Positions 1 through 8,862 of a DNA stretch of 35,732 nt are shown here, piece by piece. The stretch covers positions 1-35,732 of the forward strand of contig JAZKYW010000147.1 in the NCBI GenBank assembly GCA_045612325.1, in the 5' to 3' direction. Below the pieces are notes generated by a model, which had not been told where the DNA came from, made no database searches, and saw only the letters and a program-made list of their open reading frames with translations. The position numbers and the translations under genes are program-made. Source of the stretch: Candidatus Limiplasma sp. Its GTDB lineage: Bacteria > Bacillota > Clostridia > Christensenellales > Aristaeellaceae. Position 1 is the stretch's first letter, and every line of letters begins with the position of its first letter.

Positions 1-1212
1 GGATTCGATCCCTCTCAGATGGGCGGCATGCCCAACATGGGCAATATGCCTGACATGAGCAACCTGCCCGCAGGATTTGATCCTTCCAAAATGGGCGGCT
101 TCGGTCAGCAGCCTGCTGCAACGGAAGCCCCCGAGGCGACCACCGCGCCCGATGCCAATGCGGGCGCAAGTGTGACGGGAATGCCCGACATGAGCGGCAG
201 ACCCGACAGAGGCGACAGGCCCGAGGGTTTTGATCCTTCGCAGATGGGCGGTTTCGGCGGCTTTGGCGGCATGAACAGTTCGGACGTCAAGCTCCAGTAC
301 AGCGATGACGCCCCCGCAAGCTATCCCAACATTTTCAACAGCGCCAAAACGGAGATCACCGAAGCTGACAAGGCGCGGCTGATCGCGTCCCTCAAGGCAC
401 TTGGCGAAGGCGATACCTCCGTGGTGGATACCGATGCCGTGCTGCGCTACATGGCAGTTCACAATTTCCTATGCAACGATGACAGCTATACGGGCATGAT
501 GGTGCATAACTACTACCTCTATGAAGAGGATGGCGTGATGGCCATGATCCCGTGGGATTACAATCTTGCCTACGGCGGCTTTACGGGCGGCAACGCTACA
601 TCCACCGTTAACACGGGCATCGATTCGCTCGTCAGCATGGGCGGTTCGGGCGACCGTCCCATGGCTTCGTGGATCACGGCGAGCGAGGAATCGCTCAGTG
701 CCTATCATCAGATCTATCAGGAATTCATGGATACCATGTTTGCTTCCGGCTGGTTTGAACAGGAAATCGATCGCGTGACGGCTATGATCGCCCCCTATGT
801 GCAAAACGATCCCACTTCCTTCTGCACATATGAGGAGTTCCAAAATGCGGCGCAGATCCTCAGGAGCTTCTGCCTGAAGCGCGCCGAAAGCGTTACCAAT
901 CAGCTCAACGGTGATAACACCCGCGTGGATGCAGCCGAGCTTGACCTGTCTGCCATGGGCACCATGAACGGCATGGGCGGCTTTGGCGGCGGTGACCGCG
1001 GCGGCAATCCCTTCGGCGCAAGACGCGGCAAACAGGAGAAGCCTGCTGAGGAAAACGAAGGCGAGAAAAACAATTTCGCAATGCCGTTTGACAGAATGGG
1101 CGGCATGCAGTCTAAGACGAGCAGCCGCGAAAACGTGATTTTGCTGGCGGTATGCGTCGTGCTGCTTGCAGGTGCATGCGCTGCGGTCAAATACTATCCC
1201 AATAAACGTTAA
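1..1212 (+). CDS. CotH-family (spore-coat-kinase-like) protein, 5'-truncated at window edge, C-terminal TM anchor
   Basis: Frame 1 is open from nt 1 (GFDPSQMGG...), so the ATG at 19 is internal. CotH-type core MAVHNFLCNDDSYTGMMVHNYYLYEEDGVMAMIPWDYNLAYGGF. Three GFDPS(Q/K)MGG low-complexity repeats. Terminal hydrophobic helix VILLAVCVVLLAGACAAV followed by KYYPNKR. TAA at 1210-1212 followed by a hairpin. Confidence 0.7.
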   Translation, partial: GFDPSQMGGMPNMGNMPDMSNLPAGFDPSKMGGFGQQPAATEAPEATTAPDANAGASVTGMPDMSGRPDRGDRPEGFDPSQMGGFGGFGGMNSSDVKLQYSDDAPASYPNIFNSAKTEITEADKARLIASLKALGEGDTSVVDTDAVLRYMAVHNFLCNDDSYTGMMVHNYYLYEEDGVMAMIPWDYNLAYGGFTGGNATSTVNTGIDSLVSMGGSGDRPMASWITASEESLSAYHQIYQEFMDTMFASGWFEQEIDRVTAMIAPYVQNDPTSFCTYEEFQNAAQILRSFCLKRAESVTNQLNGDNTRVDAAELDLSAMGTMNGMGGFGGGDRGGNPFGARRGKQEKPAEENEGEKNNFAMPFDRMGGMQSKTSSRENVILLAVCVVLLAGACAAVKYYPNKR

Positions 1213-1220
1213 AATCAAAA

Positions 1221-1258
1221 ACAGGCATTCCGCAATTCGTGTGCGGAATGCCTGTTTT
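1221..1258. terminator. bidirectional intrinsic terminator between convergent genes
   Basis: Perfect 14-bp stem acaggcattccgca (1221-1234) / tgcggaatgcctgt (1242-1255), flanked by an A-run upstream and ttt downstream. Confidence 0.75.
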
Positions 1259-1266
1259 GCTTTGGT

Positions 1267-1980
1267 TCAAACAAACAGATTGTACAGCTTTTCAAACAGG
1301 GGCGAAAGCTGATAGATGATGGGTGCGTAGAGAATGGCGGGCAGAAAATCCGCAACCTTGATCTTGGTGATGCCCATCAGGTTGGTGCCGATCATGATGA
1401 TCAGTAGCGAGCCTGCGCAGGTCATTTCGTTGATGGCGCCGCTGCTCATCAGCGGGGCGATGAGACCTGCAAGCAGCACCAGTCCGCCCTGGATCACAAA
1501 CACGGAGCCTGCCGACAAAAGCACGCCCAGACCCAGCGTGGAAGCCAGCATCATGGAGGATACAAGGTCAAGCGTTGCTTTGGTGATCAGGATGGAGTTA
1601 TTACCCGTAAGGCCCGCCTGAATGGAGCCTGTTACCGTCATGGAGCCTACGCAAAACAGCAGCGTTGCCGATACGATGCCCTCCGCGATGGATACGCCCT
1701 TGCCGTTCTTTTTGAAACGGTTTTCCAAGCCGTTTGCCAAACGGTTGATGGCGCCGTCGATGTTGAGCAGCGTACCGGTGATGGTGCCCAGCACCACCGA
1801 TGCGATGAGGATCAGCGGGTTTTCACCGCTCAGGCTGCCTGAAATGCCGATGTACAGCGTGCATGCGCCAAGACCCGTCATGGCGGCCTTGCTTACTTTT
1901 TCGGGGATGCCTTTTTTAAACAGCAGGCCGATGGACGAACCCAGCAGCACTGTGATCACATTGATGATTACGCCTGTCAT
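1267..1980 (-). CDS. DUF554-family integral membrane protein (YdfK-like)
   Basis: 237 aa, polytopic and Gly/Ile/Leu-rich. N-terminus MTGVIINVITVLLGSSIGLLFKKGIPEK is typical of DUF554. AGGAGG lies 4 nt upstream of the ATG at 1980. Confidence 0.7.
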   Translation of the reverse strand: MTGVIINVITVLLGSSIGLLFKKGIPEKVSKAAMTGLGACTLYIGISGSLSGENPLILIASVVLGTITGTLLNIDGAINRLANGLENRFKKNGKGVSIAEGIVSATLLFCVGSMTVTGSIQAGLTGNNSILITKATLDLVSSMMLASTLGLGVLLSAGSVFVIQGGLVLLAGLIAPLMSSGAINEMTCAGSLLIIMIGTNLMGITKIKVADFLPAILYAPIIYQLSPLFEKLYNLFV

Positions 1981-2034
1981 GTTGCCTCCTGTCAGCGGTC
2001 GATGGCTGAACGGTTATAAGCGATAGCAGCTTTC

Positions 2035-2063
2035 ATATTAGGCGCAATCATGAGGGTTGTCAA
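2035..2063 (-). promoter_or_regulatory. SigA-type promoter for the DUF554 gene
   Basis: Minus strand reads TTGACA (2063-2058), a 17-nt spacer, then TAATAT (2040-2035). Confidence 0.5.
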
Positions 2064-2084
2064 CTTGTTTTTGGGCAAACAAAA

Positions 2085-2114
2085 AGTCCGCATCCCGCAA
2101 ACGGGATACGGACT
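2085..2114 (-). terminator. intrinsic terminator of the DAACS symporter gene
   Basis: 13-bp stem (2085-2097 / 2102-2114) with loop caaa. The single mismatch on the plus strand becomes a G-U pair in the minus-strand RNA, which is followed by UUUUUG. Confidence 0.7.
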
Positions 2115-2130
2115 TTGAAAAGGTGGAAAC

Positions 2131-3462
2131 TTAAGCGTTGTAAACGTCCTCGTTCAGCTTGCCTTCGCTCTTGGCAACGGCAACGGCGGCAACGGCGTCG
2201 CCCACGCAGTTGAGGCTGGTGACCAGCATCTCGATGGGGCGGTTGATGGCCAGGATAAGGGCGTAGCCCATCATGGCAGCTTCGCCGGTAAAGCCAACGC
2301 CGGAGAGGATGGTGAACAGTACAACAGCGCCTGCGCCGGGGGCGGCGGGGGTGCCAACGCTGGCGATGAGGGCCAGCACCATGATCACGATCAGGGAGCC
2401 GATGGATACATCGTAGCCGCCTACACCGGCAAGGAACAGGGTGGCGATCACCTGCATGATGGCGGTGCCGTCCATGTTGACGGTCATGCCCAGGGGCAGT
2501 ACGAAGGAAGCAACCTCGCGGTCAACGCCCAGATCGCTTACGTTGGTCTCGGTGTTCAGGGGCAGGGTGGCAGCGCTGGAACTTGTGGAGAAACCGAACA
2601 CAACGACCTTGAAGATCTTTCTGATGAAGGTGAAGGGATTGAGCTTGCAGGTGAAGGCGATGTACAGGGGGTAGCCGATGAACAGATACACCAGCAGCAG
2701 TACAACAGCCAGTACCACGTAAGCGGCAGCGGGCTTGAGGTAGTTGATGCCATAGGTGGCGAAGGTGCGGCTCAGCAGCATGAAAACAGCAACAGGGCCG
2801 AACTTGTTAACAATGAAGTTGAGGAACATGACCACAACCTCGCTCAGTTCCTTGCACAGCTTGTTGATGGTGCAGTTGGAATCATAGCCCAGCTTGTTGA
2901 GGCTGAGGCCGATGACGATGGCAAGGAAGATGAGGGAGAGCACGGCGTTGTTTACGCTGAAGGTAGCGCCGATGTTGCTGGGGATGATGTTGAGGATCAC
3001 ATTCAGGGGGTTGGCGCCGGTGGAACCGGTGCCGGCAGCAAGACCCACGATGGTGGTGTTGAACAGACCGGCGTTGTAGCAAACCAGACCGATGGTGCCG
3101 GCCATGACCAGAGCAACGGTGGTGGTCAGCAGAAACCAGAAGAAGGTCTTGGCGGAAACGCGGCCCAGGGTGGCAGCGTCACGGATGGTGCCAATGGCCA
3201 TAACGATAGAGGTGAATACCATGGGAACGATGACCAGCTGCAGGCTCTTTACAAACAGCTGACCGCAGATGTAGAACAGGCCGATGGCCTTTTCGTTGCC
3301 GCCGGCGGTGATGTCGGCAAACAGCAGGTTGTTGACGGTGGTCCAAACAGCGGAATCAGCGCCCAGCTTTTCACGCACGAGCATGAAACCCAGACCGACA
3401 ATGATACCGGCGAACATGGCAATGAGCATGTTTACTGCAAGACGCTTGCTCTTGTTCTTCAT
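2131..3462 (-). CDS. dicarboxylate/amino acid:cation symporter (DAACS family, GltP/SstT-like)
   Basis: 443 aa multi-TM protein. DAACS-like segments include VNMDGTAIMQVIATLFLA and ILAINRPIEMLVTSLNCVGDAV. Start moved to M26 of the track ORF (MKNKSKRLAV...) because GGAGGG lies 8 nt upstream of the ATG at 3462. Confidence 0.8.
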   Translation of the reverse strand: MKNKSKRLAVNMLIAMFAGIIVGLGFMLVREKLGADSAVWTTVNNLLFADITAGGNEKAIGLFYICGQLFVKSLQLVIVPMVFTSIVMAIGTIRDAATLGRVSAKTFFWFLLTTTVALVMAGTIGLVCYNAGLFNTTIVGLAAGTGSTGANPLNVILNIIPSNIGATFSVNNAVLSLIFLAIVIGLSLNKLGYDSNCTINKLCKELSEVVVMFLNFIVNKFGPVAVFMLLSRTFATYGINYLKPAAAYVVLAVVLLLVYLFIGYPLYIAFTCKLNPFTFIRKIFKVVVFGFSTSSSAATLPLNTETNVSDLGVDREVASFVLPLGMTVNMDGTAIMQVIATLFLAGVGGYDVSIGSLIVIMVLALIASVGTPAAPGAGAVVLFTILSGVGFTGEAAMMGYALILAINRPIEMLVTSLNCVGDAVAAVAVAKSEGKLNEDVYNA

Positions 3463-3625
3463 TAGAAATACCCTCCACATACTTGATGTTATGACCGGAT
3501 GGCCAAATCTTCGACATTTTAACAGAAGAACAATCAAAAAACAATAGGTGTCGGCAAAGTTTTTGAGGTATATTTTATATACAACACAACAGGTGTAAAT
3601 GCTGTTTCAGCTGTTCAAAAAAAGC

Positions 3626-3666
3626 CAAAACCCCGCCGATGCAAGGGAAGCATCGGCGGGGTTTTG
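3626..3666 (-). terminator. intrinsic terminator of the EamA gene
   Basis: 17-bp stem caaaaccccgccgatgc / gcatcggcggggttttg. The minus-strand RNA is followed by a U-rich tract (rc of aaaaaaagcc). Confidence 0.8.
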
Positions 3667-3673
3667 GAAAGGG

Positions 3674-4588
3674 TCATTCGCCCTCAATGATGGCAAGCAT
3701 CAGGATGCCGGTAATGATGATGGCGATAAAGGCGTACTGCTTTTTGGTCAGCTTTTCCTTCAGGAAAATGCGGGAAAGGAGGAGGGACACCACGCACACG
3801 GAGGAGATGATGGGGGCGGCGATGGCGCCGTTATCAGCCATGGCGTATACGTAGGTCAGCTGGCCGGCGGTCTCGCATACGGCAGCCAGCGCCTTGTCCT
3901 TCTGCTGGGTCAGCTTGCCGAAGGCAACGCCCTTCACCTTCATAAAGATGAACATGATCAGACCCACCAGCGCAAAGGTCAGCTCGTAGGATACGTTGGC
4001 TACCAGCTCGATATTCTCGGCGGTAACGTTGAGCAGGGGGCTGGTCTCCATCTCCAGGAAGTAGATATCCAGCACGCAGCCGAAGGCGTCGATGAAAGCA
4101 TACAGGAAGGGCATGCAGAAGGCGATGATGGCAAGCTTCTTGCCCAGACGCTCACGGCGCAGCTTTTCGCCGCTGTTTTCCAGATAGCCGATGCCCACAA
4201 CGCCCAACGCGATGATGGCAATAGCAATGCCTGCGGGCAGGGAGATGGCTTCACCAAGGAAAATCACGCACATCAGCGAGCACAGCGCGCCGGAGGTGTT
4301 TTCGATGGGGTCGGAGATGGATTCCTCGATAAAGCGCATACCGAAGAAGGAGAACGCCATCGACAGGATGTAGCAGGCAGATACAGGCAGATAGGCGATC
4401 AGGTTTTTGAAATCATAGCCGATATCGGCGGTCAGCAGGGTGTATACCGCGTGCAGACCCATCACAGCGCCAACCATGACGCAGATTTTCAGATGGCTGT
4501 ACTTTTCGCGCTCAACAGCACCCTTCTTGTAAAACAATTCGGCAAGACCCCACAGCAGGGTGGTCGCCAGGGTATAAATCAACCACAT
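3674..4588 (-). CDS. EamA/DMT-superfamily transporter
   Basis: 304 aa with about 10 predicted TM helices in a two-fold EamA-like layout. Start set at M88 of the track ORF (MWLIYTLATTLLWG...), with GGAGGA 6 nt upstream of the ATG at 4588. The upstream 87 codons run through a promoter and a tRNA. Confidence 0.75.
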   Translation of the reverse strand: MWLIYTLATTLLWGLAELFYKKGAVEREKYSHLKICVMVGAVMGLHAVYTLLTADIGYDFKNLIAYLPVSACYILSMAFSFFGMRFIEESISDPIENTSGALCSLMCVIFLGEAISLPAGIAIAIIALGVVGIGYLENSGEKLRRERLGKKLAIIAFCMPFLYAFIDAFGCVLDIYFLEMETSPLLNVTAENIELVANVSYELTFALVGLIMFIFMKVKGVAFGKLTQQKDKALAAVCETAGQLTYVYAMADNGAIAAPIISSVCVVSLLLSRIFLKEKLTKKQYAFIAIIITGILMLAIIEGE

Positions 4589-4735
4589 GTTCGTTTCCTC
4601 CGCTTTTGTTTGTTTTGATTGGTCTTTCGATGATGCCAACGTGCAAAACCGGTGTGCGAAGCAACGCATCTTCAGCTCAATTTGCGCAGACGGAGAGCTG
4701 CCGTATTGCTGACCGATGCCGTCGGACAGGGAACA

Positions 4736-4764
4736 ATTATAGCACCCTAACGCTGTGCTATCAA
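4736..4764 (-). promoter_or_regulatory. near-consensus SigA promoter for the EamA gene
   Basis: Minus strand reads TTGATA (4764-4759), 17 nt, then TATAAT (4741-4736). It leaves a roughly 140-nt 5' leader. Confidence 0.6.
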
Positions 4765-4794
4765 GCAAAAACAACTGTGTGCAGGCATAAAAAT

Positions 4795-4817
4795 GCCGCA
4801 AACATTGCGTTTGCGGC
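4795..4817 (-). terminator. terminator hairpin downstream of tRNA-Arg(CCT)
   Basis: Stem gccgcaaac / gtttgcggc (9 bp, 5-nt loop). The minus-strand RNA continues AUUUUUAUG. Confidence 0.6.
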
Positions 4818-4821
4818 TTGC

Positions 4822-4898
4822 TGGCACGCCCGGCGGGAGTCGAACCCACGGCCTACCGCTTAGGAGGCGGTCGCTCTATCCTACTGAGCTACGGGCGC
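4822..4898 (-). tRNA. tRNA-Arg (anticodon CCT, reads AGG), CCA encoded
   Basis: The reverse complement GCGCCCGTAGCTCAGTAGGATAGAGCGACCGCCTCCTAAGCGGTAGGCCGTGGGTTCGACTCCCGCCGGGCGTGCCA folds as a cloverleaf by hand: 7-bp acceptor, GCTC/GAGC D stem, ACCGC/GCGGT anticodon stem, loop CTCCTAA, TTCGACT T-loop. Confidence 0.9.
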
Positions 4899-4909
4899 AC
4901 AACATATTG

Positions 4910-4938
4910 ATTATAGCAAAAGGGCGGCCGTTTTGTAA
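4910..4938 (-). promoter_or_regulatory. SigA promoter of tRNA-Arg(CCT)
   Basis: Minus strand reads TTACAA (4938-4933), 17 nt, then TATAAT (4915-4910). The -10 box ends 11 nt before the tRNA 5' end. Confidence 0.6.
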
Positions 4939-5021
4939 AGCGTATATCGTTTTTTTCTTTGTCAAACGGGCGCGAAGAAAAGCAGTACAAAGCAAGAACT
5001 TATTGGATGAGGTGTACATGG

Positions 5022-5050
5022 TTGACTTTCGGGGTGCGGGAGGGTATCAT
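5022..5050 (+). promoter_or_regulatory. SigA promoter of the S9 peptidase gene
   Basis: TTGACT (5022-5027), 17 nt, then TATCAT (5045-5050). Confidence 0.5.
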
Positions 5051-5087
5051 CAAAGAACAGGACACTTTTGATATAAGGAGAATCACT

Positions 5088-7079
5088 ATGGAACAGCTTC
5101 AGTTGAAGGACTTTTTGGATTACAAATTTCTTTCCGCCGTGCAGTATGCGCCGGGCGGCAAAAAGGCAGCGTTTGTGGTTTCTGAGTGCAAGGAAGAGGA
5201 TAACGGCTATGAAAGCCGTCTCTACCTGTATGACGGCGCCATCCGCCAGCTGACCGACCTTGGCAAGGAGCGCGGCTTTGTCTGGCTGGATGACGAGCGC
5301 ATCATGTTCTCCGCCGTGCGCTCCGCCAAGGAGAAAAAGCGCGCCGAAGCCAAGGAAGCTTTTACTTCCTATTATGTACTGGATTTGCGCGGCGGCGAAG
5401 CCATGCCTTATTTCACCCTGCCCTTTGCTGCGCAGAGAATCGAAAAGCTGGATGATACGCATTTCATGGTGCTGGGCGGCATCGACGCCAATCAGCCCGA
5501 TTATTACCTCATGACCGAAGAGGAGCGCGGCAAGGTACACAAGGGCTATGCCGATGAAAAGGACTACGAAGTCTTTGATGAGATCCCCTTCTGGTTCAAC
5601 GGCGGCGGCGTGCGCAACAAGCGCCGTACCGCGCTGTTCCTGGTGGAAAAGGGCGAAACGCTGAATGTGAAGCGCATCACCGAGCCCTTCGCCATGGTGC
5701 ATGCCACTTGTGTTGTGGGGGATGAGATCCTCTTTGACATGGATACCTTTGAAGCCAAGCCTCACCGCGGCAGCTGCTGCGTGAAGGCCCTGAACTGGAA
5801 GACCGCCGAAGTGCGCGATGTGTTTGAGGGCAAGCTGGATCTGTCACAGCTGATCAACGTAGGCGGCAAGGTGTGGATGCTCGCTACCGAGGGCAAGCGC
5901 CATGGCATGAACGAGAACGACTGGATCTATACCCTCGACCCCGTCAGCGGCGCTGTGGAAGTGCTGCGTGAGGAAGACCACAGCCTCTACGGCAGCGTAG
6001 GCAGCGATTGCCGTTTCGGCGGCGGTCAGGCTCGTGTTGCCAAGGGCGGCAGCCTCTATAGCATCACCACCCGCGAGGGCAGCGCGCTCGTTTGCCGCAT
6101 CGATGCTGACGGCAGTCTTTCCTACGTGCTGGATAAGGAAGGCAGCGCGGACTGCATCACGCTGAATGAGAACGCTGACAAGGCGCTGCTCATCGGTTTG
6201 TACGATATGAAGCTGCAGGAGCTGTACAGCGTAGACCTTGCAAGCGGCGAAATGGAGCAGCTGACCCACTTCAACGATGCTGTGATCGCCGATAAGTACA
6301 TTGCTCAGCCCGAGTATATGACCGTGGAGAGCGAAGGCCTCACCATCGGCGGCTGGGTGCTCAAGCCCAAGGATTACGACCCCGAAAAGACCTATCCCGC
6401 CGTGCTGGATATCCACGGCGGCCCCAAGACCGTCTACGGCCCCGTTTTCTATCATGAGATGCAGCTGTGGGCCAATATGGGCTACTTCGTATTCTACTGC
6501 AACCCCAAGGGCAGCGACGGACGCGACAACAACTTCATGGATATCCGCGGTCACTACGGCGAGACCGATTTCAAGAACCTGATGGACTTCACCGATGCGG
6601 TGCTCGCGGCCTATCCGCAGATCGATGCAAAGCGCGTGTGTGAGACCGGCGGCAGCTACGGCGGCTTCATGACCAACTGGATCATCGGTCATACCGACCG
6701 CTTCTGCTGCACCGCCAGCCAGCGTTCCATCTCCAACTGGCTCAGCTTCTACGGCGTTGCCGATATCGGCTTCACCTTTGCCCGTGACCAGAACGACGCC
6801 GATCCCTTCGAGAGTCCCGAGAAGATGTGGAAGCAGTCCCCGCTCAAGTACGCGGGCAATGTAAAGACCCCCACGCTCTTCATCCACTCCGATGAGGACT
6901 ACCGCTGCCCGCTGGATCAGGGCCTGCAGATGTACACCGCGCTGGTCGACCGCGGCGTGCCTGCACGCATGTGCATGTTCCACGGCGAGAACCATGAGCT
7001 CAGCCGCTCCGGCAAGCCCAAGCACCGTGTGCGCCGTCTCACCGAGATCACTGACTGGTTTGAAAAGTACGCCAAATAA
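5088..7079 (+). CDS. S9-family serine peptidase (prolyl oligopeptidase / acylaminoacyl-peptidase type)
   Basis: 663 aa. Beta-propeller-like N-terminal half plus an alpha/beta-hydrolase C-terminal half with GGSYGG (nucleophile Ser), HSDEDYRCP (Asp) and HGENHEL (His). Start set at M44 of the track ORF (MEQLQLKDF...), with AAGGAG 7 nt upstream of the ATG at 5088. Confidence 0.85.
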   Translation: MEQLQLKDFLDYKFLSAVQYAPGGKKAAFVVSECKEEDNGYESRLYLYDGAIRQLTDLGKERGFVWLDDERIMFSAVRSAKEKKRAEAKEAFTSYYVLDLRGGEAMPYFTLPFAAQRIEKLDDTHFMVLGGIDANQPDYYLMTEEERGKVHKGYADEKDYEVFDEIPFWFNGGGVRNKRRTALFLVEKGETLNVKRITEPFAMVHATCVVGDEILFDMDTFEAKPHRGSCCVKALNWKTAEVRDVFEGKLDLSQLINVGGKVWMLATEGKRHGMNENDWIYTLDPVSGAVEVLREEDHSLYGSVGSDCRFGGGQARVAKGGSLYSITTREGSALVCRIDADGSLSYVLDKEGSADCITLNENADKALLIGLYDMKLQELYSVDLASGEMEQLTHFNDAVIADKYIAQPEYMTVESEGLTIGGWVLKPKDYDPEKTYPAVLDIHGGPKTVYGPVFYHEMQLWANMGYFVFYCNPKGSDGRDNNFMDIRGHYGETDFKNLMDFTDAVLAAYPQIDAKRVCETGGSYGGFMTNWIIGHTDRFCCTASQRSISNWLSFYGVADIGFTFARDQNDADPFESPEKMWKQSPLKYAGNVKTPTLFIHSDEDYRCPLDQGLQMYTALVDRGVPARMCMFHGENHELSRSGKPKHRVRRLTEITDWFEKYAK

Positions 7080-7083
7080 CCTT

Positions 7084-7123
7084 TTTGCCCGTCACAGCGG
7101 AGCGTTCTGCTGTGACGGGCAAA
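7084..7123 (+). repeat. perfect 15-bp inverted repeat (stem-loop) in the S9 peptidase / GH intergenic region
   Basis: tttgcccgtcacagc (7084-7098) and gctgtgacgggcaaa (7109-7123) with a 10-nt loop. No U-tract follows on either strand. Confidence 0.6.
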
Positions 7124-7160
7124 CGTCAATGCAGACCAACGGTCGAACAGGAGAATGACT

Positions 7161-8855
7161 ATGGAACTGAAGTATCAGGATCTTCTCATCACTGCGCAGG
7201 CAGATATAACAGCCGGAAAGCTGGACGACAACTGTCTGCGCATCGCGTGCACATGGCAGACGCAGGAGGCGCCCCAGCTGAAAATCAGCTGGCGCATGCC
7301 CATCGTGGACGTACACTTTTTGTGGCAACCGCGCTGCGGCAAGGACCGCAATCTGCCTGCACAGTGGGAGGACGGCTTTTTCAGCCGTGTATCCAGCGGC
7401 GCGCCCGTCGTATGCCTCTATGACCTGCACGGACAAAACCGCCTGACCTACGCCATTTCCGATGCGCTGAGCGAATGCAATCTGTATGTGGGCGTCAGCG
7501 AGGAAACAGCTGAGCTGATGTGCAGCATCACCGTTTCGCTGGAGGGTCACAACGGCGCGTATGAGGTCATCCTGCGCCGCGATGCATCCGACCGCCGCTA
7601 CGAGCAGGCGCTGGCGGACGTTTCCCGCTGGTGGGAGACCTTCTATCCGCCCATGAACGTGCCGGATATCGCCCGTGAGCCCCTGTACTCCACATGGTAC
7701 AGCTACCATCAGCAGACGATCGCCAACGAACTGGAAGCCGAGTGTGAACAGGCGGTACAGGACGGCTTTGGCTGCGTCATCGTGGATGACGGCTGGCAGA
7801 CGCAGGATATGCAGCGCGGCTACGCCTACTGCGGCGACTGGGAGCCTCTCAAAATTCCTGATATGAAGGAGCACGTAGCGCGTGTGCATGCCCTTGGCAT
7901 GAAGTACATGTTGTGGTACAGCGTGCCGTTTGTGGGCAAGCACGCCAAGATGTACAAACATTTCGAGGGCAAGTATCTCAATTTCCACGAGGAGCGCGGC
8001 ACCGCTACGCTGGACCCCCGCTATCCCGACGTGCGGGAATACCTGATCGGCATTTATGAAAAAGCCATGCGCGAGTGGGATCTGGACGGGTTCAAGCTGG
8101 ACTTTATCGACTCCTTCAGCGCAACGCGCATCGCGCCGCCCTATCAGGATGGCATGGATTGCCGCACGGTGGAGGAAGGTGTTGTAAAGCTGATGACGGG
8201 TGTGAAAGATACGCTGCAAAAACTGAAGCCCGATGTGCTCATCGAGTTCCGTCAATCCTACATCGGCCCCGCTATGCGCCTCTACGGCAACATGTTCCGC
8301 GTGGGCGACTGCCCCGATGACCTCATCAGCAACCGTGTCGGCATGGTCAGCCTGCGCCTGCTGATGGGGGAGAGCGCCGTGCATTCCGACATGCTGATGT
8401 GGCATCCCGAAGAACGCGTGGAAAATGCCGCCGTGCAGATTCAGAACATCCTGTTTGCCGTGCCGCAGATTTCCGTGCGTCTGGCAGAAGTGCCGCAGGA
8501 ACATCGCCGCATGCTTCGCTTCTGGATGCAATTCATGCACGAACACCGCAAGCTGCTGGCTGCGCCCATCCGCGCTGACCTGCCGCAGATGCTCTATCCC
8601 ATCATCCGCACAAGGCTGGAGGATGAAGCCGCCATCGCCGTATACGCTCCCGGGCAGGCGGTTGAACTGGATGACGCCAATACCACCTACCTCGTCAACG
8701 CTGCCGACAAGCAGGGCGTGATCGTTCGTTCTGCCGATGCCCGCAAGGCGGAGGTGTACGATTGCTGCGGTGAATGGCTGCAGCGCTGCGACCTCTCCGC
8801 GGGGCTTGCCATGCTGGATATCCCCCTTGGCGGCTATGCGAAAATCACCAAGTAA
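7161..8855 (+). CDS. alpha-galactosidase-like glycoside hydrolase (clan GH-D, GH36/GH27-type), paralog 1
   Basis: Canonical VIVDDGWQ substrate-binding motif, FKLDFID (nucleophile K-x-D motif) and FRVGDCPDD (R-x-x-D acid/base region). The second ATG (7161) is preferred because AGGAG at 7149-7153 is only 1 nt from the ATG at 7155. Confidence 0.75.
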   Translation: MELKYQDLLITAQADITAGKLDDNCLRIACTWQTQEAPQLKISWRMPIVDVHFLWQPRCGKDRNLPAQWEDGFFSRVSSGAPVVCLYDLHGQNRLTYAISDALSECNLYVGVSEETAELMCSITVSLEGHNGAYEVILRRDASDRRYEQALADVSRWWETFYPPMNVPDIAREPLYSTWYSYHQQTIANELEAECEQAVQDGFGCVIVDDGWQTQDMQRGYAYCGDWEPLKIPDMKEHVARVHALGMKYMLWYSVPFVGKHAKMYKHFEGKYLNFHEERGTATLDPRYPDVREYLIGIYEKAMREWDLDGFKLDFIDSFSATRIAPPYQDGMDCRTVEEGVVKLMTGVKDTLQKLKPDVLIEFRQSYIGPAMRLYGNMFRVGDCPDDLISNRVGMVSLRLLMGESAVHSDMLMWHPEERVENAAVQIQNILFAVPQISVRLAEVPQEHRRMLRFWMQFMHEHRKLLAAPIRADLPQMLYPIIRTRLEDEAAIAVYAPGQAVELDDANTTYLVNAADKQGVIVRSADARKAEVYDCCGEWLQRCDLSAGLAMLDIPLGGYAKITK

Positions 8856-8862
8856 ATGCAAA

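Noticed and set aside
3599-4618. 339-aa plus-strand ORF
   Set aside because: It is antisense to the EamA transporter. Its Gly/Asp/His-rich low-complexity sequence (GGDDGGGDGAV) has no RBS, and it starts inside a terminator hairpin.
4793-5071. 92-aa ORF (and likewise 8834-9166, minus strand, 110 aa)
   Set aside because: Both read through tRNA-Arg genes; the peptide YPTELRA is the usual translation artefact of a tRNA D/anticodon-arm region. They are not coding.
4962-7025. Minus-strand ORFs 4962-5765 and 5844-7025
   Set aside because: They are antisense to the S9 peptidase, whose catalytic triad motifs are on the plus strand.
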